The translations under genes were made by a program, and so were the position numbers. The notes below the pieces were generated by a model that saw only the letters and a program-made list of their open reading frames with translations, searched no databases and was not told the DNA's origin. Below, one piece after another: positions 10,944-22,935 of a stretch of DNA of 64,000 bases; the first letter of the stretch is position 1; every line of letters starts with the position of its first letter. This DNA is from Thalia democratica (taxonomy: Eukaryota): assembly GCA_965202585.1 (NCBI GenBank), contig CBDBBG010000051.1:1-64000 (forward strand), read 5' to 3'.

Positions 10944-11048
10944 GGACAAGAATTAAAAAAAAACAAAGGGCTACGGCCGGTCGATGACACGGTGCTTCGC
11001 ACCTGTCATCTCTCCGGCCTGCCCTTAGTTTTTTTTTAATTCTTGTCC
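10944..11048. other. 105-nt fold-back palindrome (also 38786-38890)
   Basis: Perfect 21-bp outer arms GGACAAGAATTAAAAAAAAAC/GTTTTTTTTTAATTCTTGTCC. Inner paired blocks AAGGGC, GGCCGG, GATGACA, GGTGC close a TTC loop. Confidence 0.9.
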
Positions 11049-11082
11049 TTTAGGCCCGGTTACTCTGCTGGTCGGCACCCCT

Positions 11083-11140
11083 TTTAGTTATGACTTGGAT
11101 GTACGAGTAAGTGTGCTAGTACTTCTAAGTCATAACTAAA
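11083..11140. other. 58-nt stem-loop: 25-bp stem with 2 mismatches and 1 G-T, 8-nt loop (also 38925-38982; partial paralog 13242-13291)
   Basis: TTTAGTTATGACTT...AAGTCATAACTAAA are perfect 14-bp arms, and the inner GTAC/GTAC pairs. Confidence 0.8.
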
Positions 11141-13303
11141 CTTAGTTTTCACTTAAAGTTAAGTTATAACAGACTAATTTCAGTAAATATTTACGCCTTA
11201 ATTTGTATAAATAATTTTTAAAATTACACACTAACAAAATACTGTTTTTGTACAACATACTATTTTCACTCTATCGTTGTATGAAAGATAACAAATAAAG
11301 CCTTCTACAAATTACTCATAGGCGTAAGTAGATTACTTACTGAGTTTTAAGCGTTGTCAGTCTAAAAAGTGATGGGGCAAAATATGCTATTATTATTAGT
11401 TAATGTAATACATTGAGTTCTTAACAGTACAAATCATATACTTTTGTAAGTAATGTTGGCAATATAGTGTGTATGTCACTTATATAGAAACTAAACAAAA
11501 GTTTTCAATTTACATAAGTAAATACTTACGTCTTAATTTGTATAAATAATCTTTAAACTTATACACTAACAAAATACTGTTTTTGTCCACAATTTTTCAA
11601 GTAATTTTGTGTTTTTTATTTTTGTGTATCACAATTATTACGTCATAACCAGTTAGTCTCATACTGTATAGACTTAATAATCTTTACTAACACTACAGTT
11701 GTGTATTTGATTATAGTTTATTTAGTTGTGTTTTAAAATGCTCTAAACTTTCAAGTTAGCAAGAGCAACTTATTTATTTTATAAATACAGACATTAATAA
11801 GATTAGTTATATACAAATAATAAGTATTGGATAAGGTGTATCTTAATTAAACTAATACATGTAAGTCTTAAAGTTTTATTGCTACGTAAAGGTTAAATCA
11901 AAATTACAATCAACTCTTAATACTTAATCAGTAAGTATCATCTTGTTAACTATAAATTTAAAACATTAAACTGTTTCTTTCAAGTAGTAATTGCAATTCA
12001 AATAAACATTTCGGTTAACCTTGTTGATGTTTTCAAATAAAGAAGACATTTCGTCTATGTAAAATAAAAGGTAAATTTTTTCTCTCAACTGTAGAAATAC
12101 CTCGGCTTCTGCCTCACATTCTTATTATTATACTTCTTTTTTAATATACTAGTTTTAATACAGGTCAACTTTATTCTTGTCATCAAAAATGTACTTCTAA
12201 CTAAACAATGTCAAGTTCTTTGGGAATTTTATTGTATTTAAAATCTACCTTATAAATCCTGTATAACTAATTTTATATTTATCTCCACAATAAGAACAGT
12301 TAACTAACTTCTTCTGCTATGTTTTTATCGCCGATCTTTTCTCAACATTTTTGAAATTTCTTATTTCTTTTATGACCAATATAAAGTTCAATACAATTAG
12401 GTAACTGTTCTTTAGTTCTGATTTTTTAATTTCTGCAATATCCTTGTTGAAATAAATGACTTAATCAATAAGTTATTTAGCATAATATAATAGTTTTATA
12501 TCAGTACTATTTTATTAAACTTTGGTAGTTTTTTAATTTACCTATTAGTTTTATTATTAGTGAATTAGTATTTTAACTTTTAGTATAAACTCTTGATATT
12601 AATTAATTTTTCGTAAATTCTCGGTTGAATTAATCATTTTATCATCTTGTTGAGATACTATTTTATTTTTAGTTTATTTCCTTACTGTTTCTAAGCTTGT
12701 AGGATTAGTTCTTAAACATTTTGGTTTGTTTAATTATATTGAAGTTGCTGCAATTATATTGAAGTTAAAGCAATTTATTTCGGGGTTTTCCAAACCAATT
12801 TCTAAATTTTACCCTTGGCACGACTTAAAAAAATAAACTCCCTTTACTGTTGAATTACCCATTTACGTTTTCAATTTCTCACTGTTTTTTGCCCCCTATA
12901 AAGGGCGATATTGTCCGCTTAAGAAAAACTCTGATCTAAACAACTTCCATTCCGTTTTCTATTACTAGCTTTTCCAACGATTGGGGTTTCAGTTTAACGT
13001 CATTAAAGTAACTGTAATTTTAATTTTTTATCTGCTACTAAAAATCCAAAAGCAATTAAATGCACTAATTTGATATTTTATTCTTTTGTAATAATGTTTT
13101 AGTCACCAATAATGATTTAAGCGCTTAAAATAGGTCCTAAAAAAGGATGAAGAGTTATTTACGCCACGCCAACTCACTTCTACTACTTTGATCTGTTTTG
13201 CTATTGTTCTTTAAGCCCCGTCACTCTGTTTGTTGGCACCCTATGACTTGGATGTACGAGTGAATGTGCTCGTACTTCTTAGCGCAACTAAACTTGATTT
13301 TAA

Positions 13304-13648
13304 CAGGGCTGCCACTTTACCTGGAAAAACCTGGAGTTTGACAATTTAGGCAAAAACCACTTAAAATAGTATGGAATTTCTAATGGTTTATATGTGTTTA
13401 GTAGTAAAATTTTGATTTTACTCAAAACATCTATCATATAAATAGAAAAGTTTTTTCATAATAAAACTTTTTATTTGTTAAAAAACATACTTAAAGTAGC
13501 TTTACAGTATCTTTTTAATATTTCTATACTACTTAACACAGTTTCTTACCTTAAACTTAACTTTAAACTAAAAATAGACCCAAAAATGTGTATTTTTAAA
13601 ATCCTGAAAGAAATTCGAAAAACTTTTTAAAAACGAGTGGCGACCCTG
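13304..13648. mobile_element. 345-bp MITE with CAGGG(CT/TC)GCCACT terminal inverted repeats (also 41146-41490)
   Basis: Left CAGGGCTGCCACT; reverse complement of the right end CAGGGTCGCCACT (11/13). The paralogous site near 11140 lacks it. Confidence 0.75.
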
Positions 13649-15114
13649 TTTTGATACTAATATTTAAATCATTGAGTATAACAGACTAATTTCACACCAC
13701 GTTGTATTTATTGATGACAGATAAAGCTTGTACATGTTACTCATGAGCGTAAGTAGATTACTTACTTAATTTTAAGCGTCGTTTGTCTTTAAAAAAAGTG
13801 TTTGGGCAAAAAATGCTATAATTGTTAGTTAATGTAATACATTGCATTCTAAAAAGTACAAATCATATACTTTTGTAAGTAGTATCTTTGCAATATTGTG
13901 TGTAGGATATTTATGTCACTTAGATGGAAACAAAGCTAAATTTTTCCATGTACATTTCCCGTTTACATAAGTTAATGTTTACGTCTTAATTTGTGGAAAT
14001 AAATTTTGGCCATCTTTAAAAATTAGACACTAACGAAGTACAGTTTTTGTCCACAATTTTTCATGTATTTTATTATTTTTATTTATTTATAATCGTTACG
14101 TCATAACCCGGTAGTCTTATACAGTTTAAACTTGGTAATTTTTACTAACACTATATTTGTATATGTAATATGCATATTATGTTAATAATTAATACAGACA
14201 CTAACTTATTTAGTAAATTAATTAAACTAGCTCTTAATACTTAATCATTAATTAACATCTTGTTGCGCTGGTTTATATGACTATTTCTAGTTTTATGTCA
14301 CAAACAATATATGTTAATATCTATAAACTTAAAAGATTAAACTGTCTTTTCAAGTAATAATTACAGTTCAAATATACATCCCACTTAGAGGCTTTATGAG
14401 TTATTGTTTAATGTTATTATTCAGCTGTAGTATATGTTGTGCCATTTAAGTTTTTGGTCTACAAGGTTGTGTATATCATACATTATTTTTGCTAATGTCT
14501 TATCTAATCACAAACTTGCTGTTAAGTCACTTTAAAAGAATTGAATCTTCTTAGTTTGTATGTTTGAAAGAGCATCAATTTAATATAAATAACTCGGCCG
14601 TAACACTGTTCTGTTCATATTTAAAATAACAAAAGAATTTTACCTATTATATAGTTAATTCCAATTATTAATAAATATTTTACCTTATGTCTCAAACAAT
14701 AAACGGTTTTTAAAAAATAAAATCGATATGTATGACCTTATTTTACACTAATATAATGACTCTAAACCAAATACTTATAAAACTATGCCAATTAAGTAAC
14801 CATTTCAATTTCGAGGTCGTATTTTATTTTAATTGTTTAGTTGTTTATAGTGCCATTTAGTTTTATAAGATTGTATAAATAATGATCTTATTTTCTGTCA
14901 ATTAGTTTGAAAATTTCCTTAGTTTTACATGTTTTAAAGCTCGTTTACTTGGTTTTAACTTTTCTGAATCTATATTTTTTTACTGTACTTTTTTTGAAAT
15001 TTATATATAAAGAAAGGTTAAAAAACTGTGATGGGGATTTATGTAGCCTTATATTCTTTAGTTTTAAATCATTTACGGGTCAATCTAAGTCTTACCAACA
15101 AAAAACGAATCATG

Positions 15115-15460
15115 TTTTAGTTAATGTTTCATTAGTTATTACTGTAGAATTACTTGAAAGTTTGTTTAAAAAAAATTGGTTTTTCATGAGTTTGTTCTAA
15201 AGTTTGTTTATAAGTCTAATTCGTTATTATATTCTAAGTTTATTTTTTTCTTGATTTAATTCTACTTCGATAAATTTTGGTTTAAAAGTGAGTTTTATAG
15301 TATAAAGTGTGTTTTACTCATGGTTTAGCTATATTTTTAGTTAACACTTCATTGTTTTGTTGGTGTTTCTGTACAATAACTTTACAACTTAAATACCATG
15401 GTTTATTTGAAAACTTTTCCACGGGTTCTCTTTAGTTAATAATATTTGTAAATAGTTTTA
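15115..15460. repeat. Diverged duplicate of 17397-17755 (part of the relic ORF cluster)
   Basis: Colinear shared blocks: ttactgtaga, taagtctaatt, gataaattttggtt, gttttactcatg, tagttaacactt, acgggttctct. Confidence 0.85.
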
Positions 15461-18400
15461 GTTCTTTTAGATGCAAGTAATTAAGCATTTTCTCTTAAGC
15501 GCAAATAATTTTCAATCAAGTTCAAATTTCTCATGATAAACGTCTTAGTTTGTCCACATAAAACTGTATGCATTTAAAAAGTAACGAAATATCTTTTTTT
15601 ATCCATTTAGTTTAGGTGTTTTAGTTGAAATTCATTTAGTCTTATTACACACTATTATAACGTCATCATATAGTCTTATTAAGTATGTTATTTTTCTCTA
15701 AATTTTAATAACATATGCTTTAAAGTGTCAAGATGTATTAATGAAGAGCTTCTTTTAATGTTTTATCATTCACGTTCTAGTTTTTTCTTAGTTATTGTTA
15801 TTCGTTTGTTAATTATTACACTTGTTTTTGTTTATTATTAATGATCTGTAGATGATCTACTTGGTTGGTTTGATTTTGGATGCAATTAAACGTTAGTATA
15901 GTAGAAATCTACGCATGTGTTTATACTTAATTTAAGTGAAGCAGTTGTTTACGGATTTGATACTGTTTTCCTTTAATTTCACTTCATAACTACAAATAAT
16001 CCTGCTTTGTACTACCTTATCTACTTAGACTATTTACTCTACATCTAATTTTACTAAAAAAGTCTGTTTATTACCAATATAAAATTCAATTGAATTCCTA
16101 AATCTAGTTTTTAAATGTCTGCATCATACTTGTTTAAACGAATTGCTTACCTTACAAAGTATTAACTAAAGATTTTAGTTTTAAATGAACCAACTTTTAC
16201 TAAGCATTCAGCGTTCAATTGACAATGGTATTATGGCAACTCTAGTTCGTAAATTTGCCCTACTTTTGTCAATATTTACGTTATTCAATCATTTCAATTT
16301 GAATAAATATTTTTTTAGCATAGAGCTTTGAGTTAAGATTCATGTCTTATTCGTAATTAAATATACTTATTCTCAACAAGACTAAAATTAGATTTAATTT
16401 CGTATTTTTAGTTGGTATAAAACTGTTTTGTTCGTATTACTGTGATGTTAACTAAAATTTTCTTTAACTATGGTTTCTCTTTAATCAATCTAATACAGAC
16501 ATATATATTTTTTGTACTATTCTCCTATTATTTTCAGAACGTACTGATTTTTAAATTAAAGTTTGCTCTTAGTATTTTATCATTAACTGTCATCTTGTCG
16601 CGCTGGTTTATATGACTATTTCCAGATTTATTCTTAAACAACATTTAAGTTAAACTCACAGATAATAATTACAGCTCGAATATACTTCCTATTTAAAAGC
16701 TTTGTGATTTTTTAGTCTTAGTTTCACGTCCTGTAAAATGTATTAAGTCTTCTACCGCCAAACATTATATGTGTCTCTAAATTTGAAAATTTAACGATAG
16801 CCAACTTAACTTATGTCTTTATTATAATCAAGGCCAGTTCAGAAACCGTTTTAATTTTGGGGTCTAGTTTAGTTGTTGTTTACAGTAATTTTGATAATTC
16901 CATATAGAGCCAAGTTTTTTTTTGTATTTCATACACAATGGTCTTGTCTAAGTTGTATTTTTGGAAAATAAATACTACTAAATTTCTAAAAATAAGTACT
17001 ACATTTTGAGTCTTATGAAATCTAAACTGTTTGGTTTAACAATGCCTCAATATTTTATGCATGTTTCAATAACTAAAACAGTTAACTAAATGTTATGTTT
17101 TATTGCCCATCTTTTTTTAACGATTCTGACTATTCATACTTCTTCTGTTTATCACCAATATAAAACCAAATGGAATTAGGCAAATGTTTCTTATTTCTCG
17201 TTTTAAAGTCTGCAAGTTTTCCAAATGTAACTACTTCGTTGTAGCACTCAATGTAAACAATGTAGTTTCTTCTAATTTTATAGGGACGTTTACCATTGGA
17301 TAAGTATTGACTTAAAGTTAAACAAAACTCAGAATTAGTTCAAAAGTGAGTTTTACTAATGATTTATTTTTTCCCTCTCAAAAAAATTAGATAAAATTTT
17401 AGTCAATATTTCATTGATGTTACTGTAGAGTTTTTTAGAAGTTTTTTTTGATGTTTGTACAGGTTCTTAAATGAATTTTCTAATGTTTATTTGTAAGTCT
17501 AATTTGTTATTATACTTTAAATTTATTATTTCTTAATTTGATACTCCTTTGATAAATTTTGGTTGAAAAAAGGTTCCTGGATTGAAGTGTATGTTTTACT
17601 CATGATTTATTTTACCTTAACAAGACTAAAGTCAAATCCAGCTTTATATTTCTAGTTAACACTTGATTGTTTTGTTGCAGTAAAATTATTTAAAAGTTTA
17701 TTTAAAAACAAATCTACGGGTTCTCTTCAGTTAATGATGTTTGTGTATAATCCTAGTTTGTTGTTACATTGTATTTTTTTGTCAAGTAATTTAGTACTAC
17801 TTCTAGCCCAAGGTTAATTATATATATTTATATTTAAGGTGTATTTTGTATTTTTTGAAAATCTTATAGGGTCGTTAAAGGTAGAATAAATATTGATTTA
17901 TAAATAAAAAAACTCTAGATTAACTAAAATACATGTTTCACTCTTAACGACATTAAATTGTATCAAACTTCGTATGTTTAGATAGCTTATGACTGTCAAA
18001 TTATTTGAAATTTTGTTCAACCTGAAGTAATAGCGTTATTGTTAATTCAGCCCAAAGCTAATTATATATTGAACATAATTTTATTTTTTTTAACAGACAG
18101 GTTTAAACTAAAAGTAAAACTTAATGTTTTATAGTATATATCCTTGGTGTTGTACTATGAATGATGCAGTTTTATAGTAGACAACCTTGGTATTATTCTA
18201 TAAGTAACACAACAGTTTTGCGTTGTAGTTTAGTTTATTAGTATCTATCTAGTATTGTAATTTAATTATTTTATGGTATTTACTGCTAAGTCTCATAAAT
18301 AGCAAACAAAGTTTTAGTTAAGTATTTAGTTATACTTTAGATGTTTGTTTATAAAAGTCAGTAAAAAGTTGTTCATGTCACTTTTTATTTTAATTTCAAT

Positions 18401-19235
18401 TAGATAAACAGTTAATACTACGTATTTTTATAACGTAAATTTCATAAGCAACCACATGGATTAATTTCACAATAAAAGCAATGTTTTAACGATTCAACAG
18501 TTTTAAATAAATATTGTATTTAAATTTGTTAAAATTAATTTGTAATCGATTTTAGATATTATATTTTAGTAGCAAATGATAAGACAAGAGTGACTAACTA
18601 AAACAATAGCTATTTCAATTACATTATGTTACAGTTCGTCTATTTATAAAAGTTTACACCAATAAGTCTTGTTTTCACGTAGACTAAAATTTAATTATAT
18701 CACTATTTTAGTTTAATTACAATAAAATTTTAACAACTTATAATACTTGTTAAAATTTAAACTAGCCTTAGCTCTATGTTACCAATCTAAGAAATTGACA
18801 ATATAGACTACATTAGTAATGTTTAAGTAAGTAGTGAGAGTTAATTTATTTTCATTTTCTATATTTATACTTATTTTTGGTTTAAAGCTTTTCTTTGGTC
18901 TTAAAACAAACATCATATTATACTGTTAGTAAATTATTAAACTTTCCATTTTATTAGTTATTTTATTGTAATATTTTTTTACCCAAATACTTTTAGATCT
19001 TCTTAATCGTTGAAATGACGTAACAATCAAATTATCTGATTTTAATTTTATTTATTCACTTCTTTTACTAAAGCACTATATTTTTTTTTCTTATAAACTG
19101 TTTAAATTTTATCTTTTTATTAAATCAATTTTTTTAGTTATACATGACAATCAAAACCTTGTAAAAAACTGATTAATAATAATTTTAATAATAGTAATAT
19201 ATCTACTTAACGTTTTTTAAAGTTCAGACTTATAA

Positions 19236-20115
19236 CTTACTAGTTAATAATGAATTTATAACTAAATGAATAAATATTGTCTTGAAGTAACATCGTTTAA
19301 GTTCAACATCGTTTAATAAGTTAACTGTCTTTGAAAGGTATAATAGCCTCAAAGTTCGTAAAAGTTGTATTTATATACTACTTTTTTATTCATCTATGGT
19401 ACTGTGCTTATTCCAAAAAAAAAATCTTACTAGCTATTAATGAATTTATAACTAAATGAATAAATATTGTCTTGAAGTAACATTTAATAAGTTAATTGTC
19501 TTTGAAAAGTATAAAAAGCCTCAAAGTTCGTAAAAGTTGTATTTATATACTACTTTTTTATTCATCTATGGTACTGTGCTTATTCCAAAAAAAAATCTTA
19601 CTAGTTATTAATGAACTTATAACTTAATGAATAAATATTGTCTTGAAGTAACATTTAATAAGTTAATTGTCTTTGAAAGGTATAAAAAGCCTCAAAGTTC
19701 GTAAAAGTTGTATTTATATACTACTTTTTTATTCATCTATGGTACTGTGCTTATTCCAAAAAAAAATCTTACTAGTTATTAATGAACTTATAACTTAATG
19801 AATAAATATTGTCTTGAAGTAACATTTAATAATTTAATTGTCTTTGAAAGGTATAAAAAGCCTCAAAGTTCGAAAAAGTTGTATTTATATATTTACTACT
19901 TTTTTATTCATCCATGGTACTGTGCTTATTCCACAAAAATAATCTTACTAGTTATTAATGAACTTATAACTTAATGAACATTTATTGTCTTGAAGTAACA
20001 TCGTTTAACAAGTTAACTGTCTTTAAAAGGTATAAAAAGCATCAAAGTTTCTTTAATGTTGTATTTTTATAATACTTTTATAATCATCCATGGTAATGTG
20101 ATTATTCTAATAAAG
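19236..20115. repeat. Tandem repeat, 5 units of ~171-190 bp
   Basis: Unit starts (cttactag) at 19236, 19426, 19597, 19768, 19944. The central units are near-identical and the last is diverged. Confidence 0.95.
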
Positions 20116-21800
20116 TATTTTCGGTCTTATTGATAACTTTTTATTTTAGGCATAAGCGCTACAAATATTTATATACAATTTAATAATATAATAAACTAAG
20201 TAAGTTATATGCACTTTAATTATCATGAAAAAATAAATAAAAGTGATGCCCAAGAAGATGATAAAAGAGAACCTCTATACTTTAACCATGTAAAAACAGA
20301 GATGCTTTGTATTTTTGAATACATACATAAGATTGAGCCTATTAATGTGCTGAATTTTATTTTAACAGTAGTTTACAATCACAAAAAAAATCAATTGTAT
20401 TTTTTGAAATGTTCTATTTGTCACTTTATAGTACTGATGGTACTTATTAAAAAAAATTAAGTATTTAAAAGTAATACATTTAATGAAAATAAAAACAGTT
20501 TACCTTGAACAAGAAATATATAATTTTTTTATAATATTTTTAAACGTTCTTCAGTGTAATCACTTTAAAATGTTTGAAAGAAACCACAGCTTTATACAGT
20601 AAAATATTATACTTTTGTTTTTAGTAGTTTTGAGATAAGTACACTTTATTATAAAGTATTTTGTTATAAAACAATGTTTCATTCTACCAGAGATCCTCAG
20701 TTTTATATTTTTAAACGATGCTTTTTTTCAAGTGTGTATTGGTTTTAAGAACAACTTATAAACACTTAAATCTAAGAAAAAAAAAACTAAGTTAAAAACT
20801 TTTGATATGTACTGGCGTTTACATAAATAAATTTTTTGATTTGGTAACATCTAAAAATATATGTTTATTTTTGCTTTGTACAATGTCAAACTGTTTCGAG
20901 TAAAGGTTGACAATATAAAATATTAATACCAATAACAGCTTGTTCAAACATATGGTTTTCTACGATTATTTATGTTAGCATTTTAATGGTTTGTTTTTAG
21001 CTAAGAATCTACACTTAAAATAATAAAGTAAGCGACACTTTATTTATCGAAATCATAGTCACCAAATGATAACATATTTTGTTTTTTTTGGTTAAAACTA
21101 CAAAACTGTAACCAAAAAGTTAATTCAAGTCTTAGTGATCCTGAAAGTTATATTAATTTTCACTTGTTCCATTAAGTCAGTTTTAATTAAAAGTTTATAG
21201 GTCAGCGTAAACAGCATGTGCTTAACAGTTATGCAATCGATAAATACTTTTCTATTAAATGGGTAATTCTATACAACTTTGCGTTGAGAGTTCAACCAAG
21301 ATTCTTTTATCAATGTGATCGGCTCGCAAAAGACTTTTCTGATGAATCTAACACAAACCTAATCGAATAGTTAAACTTCAAGTTAAACGAATTATGAAAC
21401 ACAATCAAGCATCACAAAATATACTAGAAATTTAAATTAAATTACAAGGGAGATTCATTCAAATTCTATTAAGCACATTTTTTTGATAAAAATACATACA
21501 TTACAGTATTTAAAACGGAACATTGCTTATAATTGTTAAGCTTATAACAATGTTGGCTCAGTAAGAATTTATTATAAAATATCAGCTTTTTTCTTTTAAA
21601 TGTATTGATAAACTCTAAGTAATAGATCTAACTTAGTTGCTCTAATTTGATGTTTGTCTTTTACAATGTGTTTCTATTTTGCTTTTACAAATAAAAAGAC
21701 ATACAACAAAAACTAGTTTTAAAACATTATGTTTGACTTTTTTTTTAAAGTTAAAAGCGACTGTCGTTATTAATCATTAAATTTAGCTTTAGTTTAAGTA

Positions 21801-22230
21801 GTAATTAACATCAACTTGATCAAAAGTTTTCTTAATAATTTTAAAATTCAGCTTAATGATTTTTTTAGTTTTTGTTTTAAAACGTGAGTGAAAACTAATT
21901 ATTTTTATTTTCTACGTGACATTATTTTCTTATGTCTTTATAAAGTACTAGTCTTTAGCTAGACAGTTTTTTTATAAGCATAAAAAGAAGTTTCAAAACA
22001 AAAATTCATAAAAAAGTAGTTTTGTTTGACCTTTTTAGCTTTCTAACGTAGGTTAAAAGCGTCTATTGTTATCAAATCTTTCAAAAAAGTCATGATCTAG
22101 GAAGTAATTAACATCAACTTAATTAAATATTTTTAAAACAATTTGTTCTGTTTATTAGTTCTAAAGCTTTAAAAATAATTTTTAAACGTGAAGAAACATT
22201 AATTGATTTAATTGTCTACGTGATTTTATT
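21801..22230. repeat. Diverged direct duplication (~125 bp, offset ~303): 21801-21925 and 22104-22230 (also in copy B)
   Basis: Shared gtaattaacatcaactt, aaacgtga and ctacgtga in the same order and spacing. Confidence 0.7.
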
Positions 22231-22446
22231 ATGCCGTGTTTTTAAAAAATCATACTCTCATATAGATTGTTTTTGTTTATACGTACTTTTGTATGTGTTG
22301 TAAAAATAAAATATATTTTTGAAAACAAACAATTAGTATCCTACTTCTAAAAAAATCGTTCTATCTATAGAATATAAATTTTAAAATTAATTTAAAGACA
22401 ATTATTGTTAGAAGAGTAGAAGAAGGATAAAAAATTCAGGAAGTAA

Positions 22447-22935
22447 ACTAATCATTATAAATATAAAGTTTAATTGAGACCTCAATTTAAACGAATCATG
22501 AGATGCTTTATAATCAAGTATCACAAAATATACTTAAAATTTAATATAAATTACAAACGCGATTATTTAAAATTGTATTAAGCATATTTTTTTGATAAAA
22601 TGATACTAATCATTATATATATAAAGTTTAATTTAGACCTCAAGTTAAACGAACTCTGAGAAGCTCAATAATCAAACATCACAAAACATATTATAAATTT
22701 AAATTACAAACGAGATTCATTAAAAATGCATTAGGCTTTTTTTTTGATAAAAATAAACCAATCAATATGAATATAAAGTTTAATTTAGACCTCAAGTTAA
22801 ACGAATTATGAGATGCTCCATAATCAAGTACACAAAATATACTTCAGACTTAAATTAAGTTACAAACGAGATTTATTAAAACTGCATTAAGCATATTTTT
22901 TGATAAAATAATACTAATCATTATAAATATAAAGA
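22447..22935. repeat. Diverged tandem repeat, 3 units of 152-158 bp plus a partial; orphan unit at ~21375-21492
   Basis: Unit starts (actaatc/accaatc) at 22447, 22605, 22757, 22913. Core gacctcaagttaaacgaa...cacaaaatata...ttacaaacg...ttttgataaaa. Confidence 0.9.

Larger units (their letters stand above)
11040..17760 (-). pseudogene. Cluster of 3-4 decayed, tandemly duplicated ORFs of unknown family (also 38882-45602)
   Basis: Recurrent minus-strand peptides: LPNCIELYIG (12404-12375), NSIEFYIG (16096-16073), LPNSIWFYIG (17183-17154); VYLNCNYYL (12007-11981, 14377-14351; VYSSCNYYL 16685-16659); QK.YFVSV-TAA ending at 11559, 14023 and 11224. Differences between copies are mostly synonymous. The surrounding frames carry many stops and frameshifts. 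Confidence 0.65.

Noticed and set aside
10425-13280. 12-bp inverted match CTAAGAAGTACG between 10425 and ~13270 as element termini
   Set aside because: Matches of this length are expected by chance many times in a 28-kb AT-rich unit.
12375-17183. GIY-YIG endonuclease (Penelope-like) suggested by the YIG motif
   Set aside because: There is no upstream GIY/VY at the usual ~10-residue spacing, no following T..R..R.EH pattern, and no RT remnant recognised.
11900-17760. Alternative genetic code (TAA/TAG = Gln) making the relic ORFs intact
   Set aside because: In-frame TGA and frameshifts also occur, a TAA is shared as the apparent true stop, and PGGT1B uses only CAA/CAG for Gln.
22760-22913. Leucine-rich-repeat origin of the 155-bp unit (LDLKLNEL fits LxLxxNxL)
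   Set aside because: Single motif in stop-ridden AT-rich DNA, and unit lengths of 158/152/156 do not keep the frame.
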